DNA of 64,000 bases from an uncultured Candidatus Saccharibacteria bacterium. GTDB taxonomy: Bacteria > Patescibacteriota > Saccharimonadia > Saccharimonadales > JAGQNJ01. Numbering within the stretch: the first letter of the stretch is position 1; every line of letters starts with the position of its first letter. The stretch spans positions 98,495 to 162,494 of the forward strand of contig CAYRSA010000002.1 of assembly GCA_964426845.1 (NCBI GenBank), read 5' to 3'. The notes below the pieces were generated by a model. It searched no databases and had not been told where the DNA came from. It saw only the letters and a list, made by a program, of their open reading frames with translations. Below are positions 61,742 to 64,000 of this stretch, in pieces. The position numbers were made by a program, and so were the translations under genes.

Positions 61742-63793
61742 TTATGCTTGTTTGACACTTCTGCTGAGTACTACAGCCTTCATTCCATGCTCTTCCCAGG
61801 CCTCTAACTCAACCATTCGCAGACCCAGCTTATCGTATTCAACCGCGTAATAGCCATTTTCGTTAAGAATAACTGCGTCTGGGTGACTGTCTAGCAACTC
61901 TTGAGCAATGACTCCAACATAGGTTTTGTCACCCAGCAAATATTGGAATTGGTACAGGGTAATATCTTCATATTGACCTACGGCTAGGATATTTTGTTTG
62001 ATCCTGGCATCTGAGCCACCACCTTGTTGAGCCGCTTGTTGGGCAGCAAGATAAGCCTGTCTTTCGGCTTCTGTAGTATCCTGGCTGTATTTACGGGCAC
62101 CCTTGGCTATCTGTTCTCCTGTCAATGGTGCTGCAGGCGAAGGTCCGCCGGCGGCTAACACTACGCCGTTAATAGCACCTGCCATCTGATCTTCAAGTCC
62201 TATTGGAGCATTGGGATTGTAGCCAATAGTGTTATCTAAGAGGTCACGAATAATCGCAGCATTGCCCTCAGTAGCACCGGGCATTGCTCCCTGTAACTCG
62301 GCCACCTGTCGGGCAGCATGTTGCATTCTGTCTGCATCGCCGCTATTCCAATCGGCGTTGATTTGGTCAGCAAAGTTTTGGGTTGACCGGGTGTCACCCT
62401 GGACAATTGTACCAATAGACTGCCGCTCCCAAGCAGCCTCCAAGTTGGTGTCGCCCAGGTCGGCTCGGCCGTTACCGCGAGCATGGAACATGAAGCCTTG
62501 TAGTGCTGACTGTTCTGTTTGGGCATCGCCACCTCCAAGATTTCTAGCACCAAGCTGAGCCAATGCCATGGCATCCGGTCCCTGCAGAGAACGAGCCTTG
62601 TTTTGCGCAAGCATATTGAAAGCAGCACCAGCATTCTCTCTGTTAACACCAACAGCTCGAGCGGCGTCTTGAGCTCGACCGATTCTTTCTGCAGAGTGCG
62701 CACGTGCTTCCCTTTCAGCATCTGCTTGACCCATGCCATTTTGTAGGTTGGTTTGTAGCCTACGCTCATACCAGTGATTTTGGAGTGCAGCCGACGCCTC
62801 GTTGAAGCCTTGCCTGTTACCACCACTGAGCCCAAGCAAAGCAACGCCATCATCATCGTTTTGTCCAAGCTGTTGGAGCTGCGCATTACTCTTGGCGGCT
62901 TCTTCAGCCGCGGCTTGTTTTCGCTGTCTTACGGCAGCTTGACCGCGGCCCCCAATACCGAAGTGGTTTCCAGCTCCGGCCCCCAACCCGGCTCCAACTC
63001 TGTTAAGCCTTCGCCCAATGGCGGATCTCTCGTTCAAATTGCCGCCCAAAAAGTTTTTGCCCTGTTCTGCGCGTTTGGCTTGGCGGCCTTTTTTGAGGCG
63101 GTCGAAAGCGCCACGGCTTTTGTCGTTGGCCATGCCGGCTACGAAACCAAAGGCACTACCGGCGATGGTGAAGAGTTTTGGAATGAAGAAAAAGGGGCCA
63201 AAGAAACAGATAACAATAAAACACACTTTTATTATCACGTCGGCGCCGAGATCTGTGAATAAGCTATCAGTCTCACCGCCAGGCTCTACCCCCGCTGTTA
63301 TAAAGGCAAAAACTCGGCCGATCGCAATTACACCCAGGATCAAAGGATAGACTATCAAGAGTTTACTAAAGCTCTCCCACCAAAGTTTCCAAAACTTCTC
63401 GGTGTTAGGTAGAATCCAGGCTACTAAGGCTAGGGGCGAGACAACCAGCAGGGCCACGATTAAGACCTGTCGGAACATCAATAAAGCAAAGGCTAAAAGC
63501 AGACCAAGCAAAGCCGTGCCGGCTAGGCTGAGGGCGATACCCAAAATTCCCAGACCACCAGCCACGGCCATTAAGGAGAAAAGACCAACGCCGCCAGGCG
63601 TGCTCATAAGAATATTGTCTAACTCTAAAGCTTCACCACCGCCGAAAGGAGCATAAATTAACCCCTCCACACCGTAAGCAACAGCCGTGGTCAAGCTAAT
63701 CATGCCAGTGAAAATAAACCAAGACAGCTGGATCAGGACGACAGCAATTACTAGTCGGGGAAGAACTTTTTTAACCGTATAGGCATCAAACAT
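61742..63793 (-). CDS. VirB6/TrbL-position polytopic membrane protein with long Gly/Ala/Gln-rich soluble region and C-terminal S74-type intramolecular chaperone autoprocessing domain
   Basis: 683 aa. Residues 1-225 form about 6 TM helices. Residues 230-590 are soluble and low in complexity. Residues 594-683 read SDARIKQNILAVGQYEDITLYQFQYLLGDKTYVGVIAQELLDSHPDAVILNENGYYAVEYDKLGL. Confidence 0.65.
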   Translation of the reverse strand: MFDAYTVKKVLPRLVIAVVLIQLSWFIFTGMISLTTAVAYGVEGLIYAPFGGGEALELDNILMSTPGGVGLFSLMAVAGGLGILGIALSLAGTALLGLLLAFALLMFRQVLIVALLVVSPLALVAWILPNTEKFWKLWWESFSKLLIVYPLILGVIAIGRVFAFITAGVEPGGETDSLFTDLGADVIIKVCFIVICFFGPFFFIPKLFTIAGSAFGFVAGMANDKSRGAFDRLKKGRQAKRAEQGKNFLGGNLNERSAIGRRLNRVGAGLGAGAGNHFGIGGRGQAAVRQRKQAAAEEAAKSNAQLQQLGQNDDDGVALLGLSGGNRQGFNEASAALQNHWYERRLQTNLQNGMGQADAEREARAHSAERIGRAQDAARAVGVNRENAGAAFNMLAQNKARSLQGPDAMALAQLGARNLGGGDAQTEQSALQGFMFHARGNGRADLGDTNLEAAWERQSIGTIVQGDTRSTQNFADQINADWNSGDADRMQHAARQVAELQGAMPGATEGNAAIIRDLLDNTIGYNPNAPIGLEDQMAGAINGVVLAAGGPSPAAPLTGEQIAKGARKYSQDTTEAERQAYLAAQQAAQQGGGSDARIKQNILAVGQYEDITLYQFQYLLGDKTYVGVIAQELLDSHPDAVILNENGYYAVEYDKLGLRMVELEAWEEHGMKAVVLSRSVKQA
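61745..62014 (-). other. Peptidase S74 / endosialidase-tail-fibre intramolecular chaperone domain (domain-level feature)
   Basis: The SD-x-R-x-K-x-N-I start motif is present (Ser codon at 62014-62012), followed by VGVIAQEL...P(D)AV...Y(A)V(E)Y(D)KL. This matches the remembered Pfam Peptidase_S74 consensus (SDxRxKxNI ... GfIAQEv..v.Pe.V ... vdY..l). Confidence 0.65.
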
Positions 63794-63796
63794 GCA

Positions 63797-64000
63797 TTAC
63801 CCCTTTGTTATCGCCTGTCCGATAATCATAACTAAGCCGATTACTATCAGCAGAAAACTAGCTATGTTTCTGAAATATGACCAAGCTGTCTTCAAGTTAG
63901 CATCGGTGTAATAGGCGGCGTCAATTTGCAACAAGTCGTCGACAACATTGGTCAACCCTTGGACGGTATTATCAAAGAAGTTAATCACGCTACACAAGAA
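63797..64000 (-). CDS. Small T4SS-associated membrane protein, 5' end outside the window (possible pilin/VirB2-position protein)
   Basis: The reading frame is open to base 64000. The C-terminus is WSYFRNIASFLLIVIGLVMIIGQAITKG (TM helix). The ORF ends 3 nt before the VirB6-like start. Confidence 0.5.
   Translation of the reverse strand, partial: FLCSVINFFDNTVQGLTNVVDDLLQIDAAYYTDANLKTAWSYFRNIASFLLIVIGLVMIIGQAITKG

Noticed and set aside
1-64000. Search by eye for rRNA, tRNA (GGTTCGAATCC-type T-arms in spacers), CRISPR arrays, IS transposases and integrases
   Set aside because: None found. The spacers are short, and the only periodic DNA repeats are coding (the propeller blades and the PQQ tract). 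A covariance-model scan (tRNAscan-SE, Infernal) would be needed to be certain.
51488-64000. Calling the T4SS-like block a mobile element or ICE
   Set aside because: No integrase, relaxase, coupling protein, oriT-like inverted repeats or flanking direct repeats are visible. The block abuts recF with zero spacer, so a mobile_element call is not supportable from this window.
1-64000. Alternative genetic code (UGA recoding, as in some CPR lineages)
   Set aside because: Long ORFs with conserved full-length family architectures terminate at standard stops, including TGA (for example the ATGA overlaps). No gene needs read-through to be complete.

Overview
The window is a compact, gene-dense chromosome segment in which many genes overlap by ATGA or TAATG. 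By gene content it looks like a small-genome, monoderm-type bacterium, most plausibly a Patescibacteria/CPR (Saccharibacteria-like) organism using the standard genetic code. That taxonomic guess is inference only. There are four blocks.

(1) 1-11.4 kb holds housekeeping and envelope genes:
- an SGNH hydrolase truncated at the window edge and missing from the ORF track
- type-2 AspRS, a CNNM/CBS protein, a DsbA-like protein, NadD, UppP, a LexA-DBD-only protein and a GtrA protein
- a candidate cobalamin-type riboswitch with a terminator/antiterminator platform (8121-8270, minus strand). It sits in front of an orphan operon: a 372-aa protein with a C-terminal zinc ribbon, an untracked 56-aa zinc-ribbon ORF, NadD and a Fet4-like permease.

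(2) 11.4-44.6 kb is a very large surface-glycan locus:
- a Wzy_C/O-antigen-ligase-like protein and a WbaP-type initiating transferase
- six GT4 and three GT2 polyprenyl-phosphate-sugar synthase-like enzymes
- three GtrA proteins (one of them at 9.6 kb in block 1), five large polytopic GT-C-like membrane proteins and a flippase-like protein
- GDP-mannose (PMM, ManC), GDP-6-deoxyhexose (Gmd, Rmd-like) and UDP-xylose (Ugd, Uxs) precursor genes
- Wzm/Wzt with a C-terminal glycan-binding domain, and two methyltransferases
- a secreted six-bladed propeller lectin-like protein

(3) 44.7-51.5 kb holds MazEF, then jag-yidC-rnpA-rpmH, an oriC with DnaA boxes on both sides of dnaA, and dnaA-dnaN-recF.

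(4) 51.5-64 kb is a Gram-positive-type type IV secretion-like operon on the minus strand:
- a PrgI/VirB3-like protein, VirB4, and a separate ORF resembling a VirB4 N-domain
- a VirB6-like polytopic protein fused to a phage tail-fibre type S74 autoprocessing chaperone domain
- a very basic 255-aa protein
- two envelope proteins carrying three different peptidoglycan-hydrolase domains

No rRNA, tRNA, CRISPR array, transposase, integrase or relaxase was recognised. All calls rest on reading the supplied translations and the sequence by eye. No database search was run.
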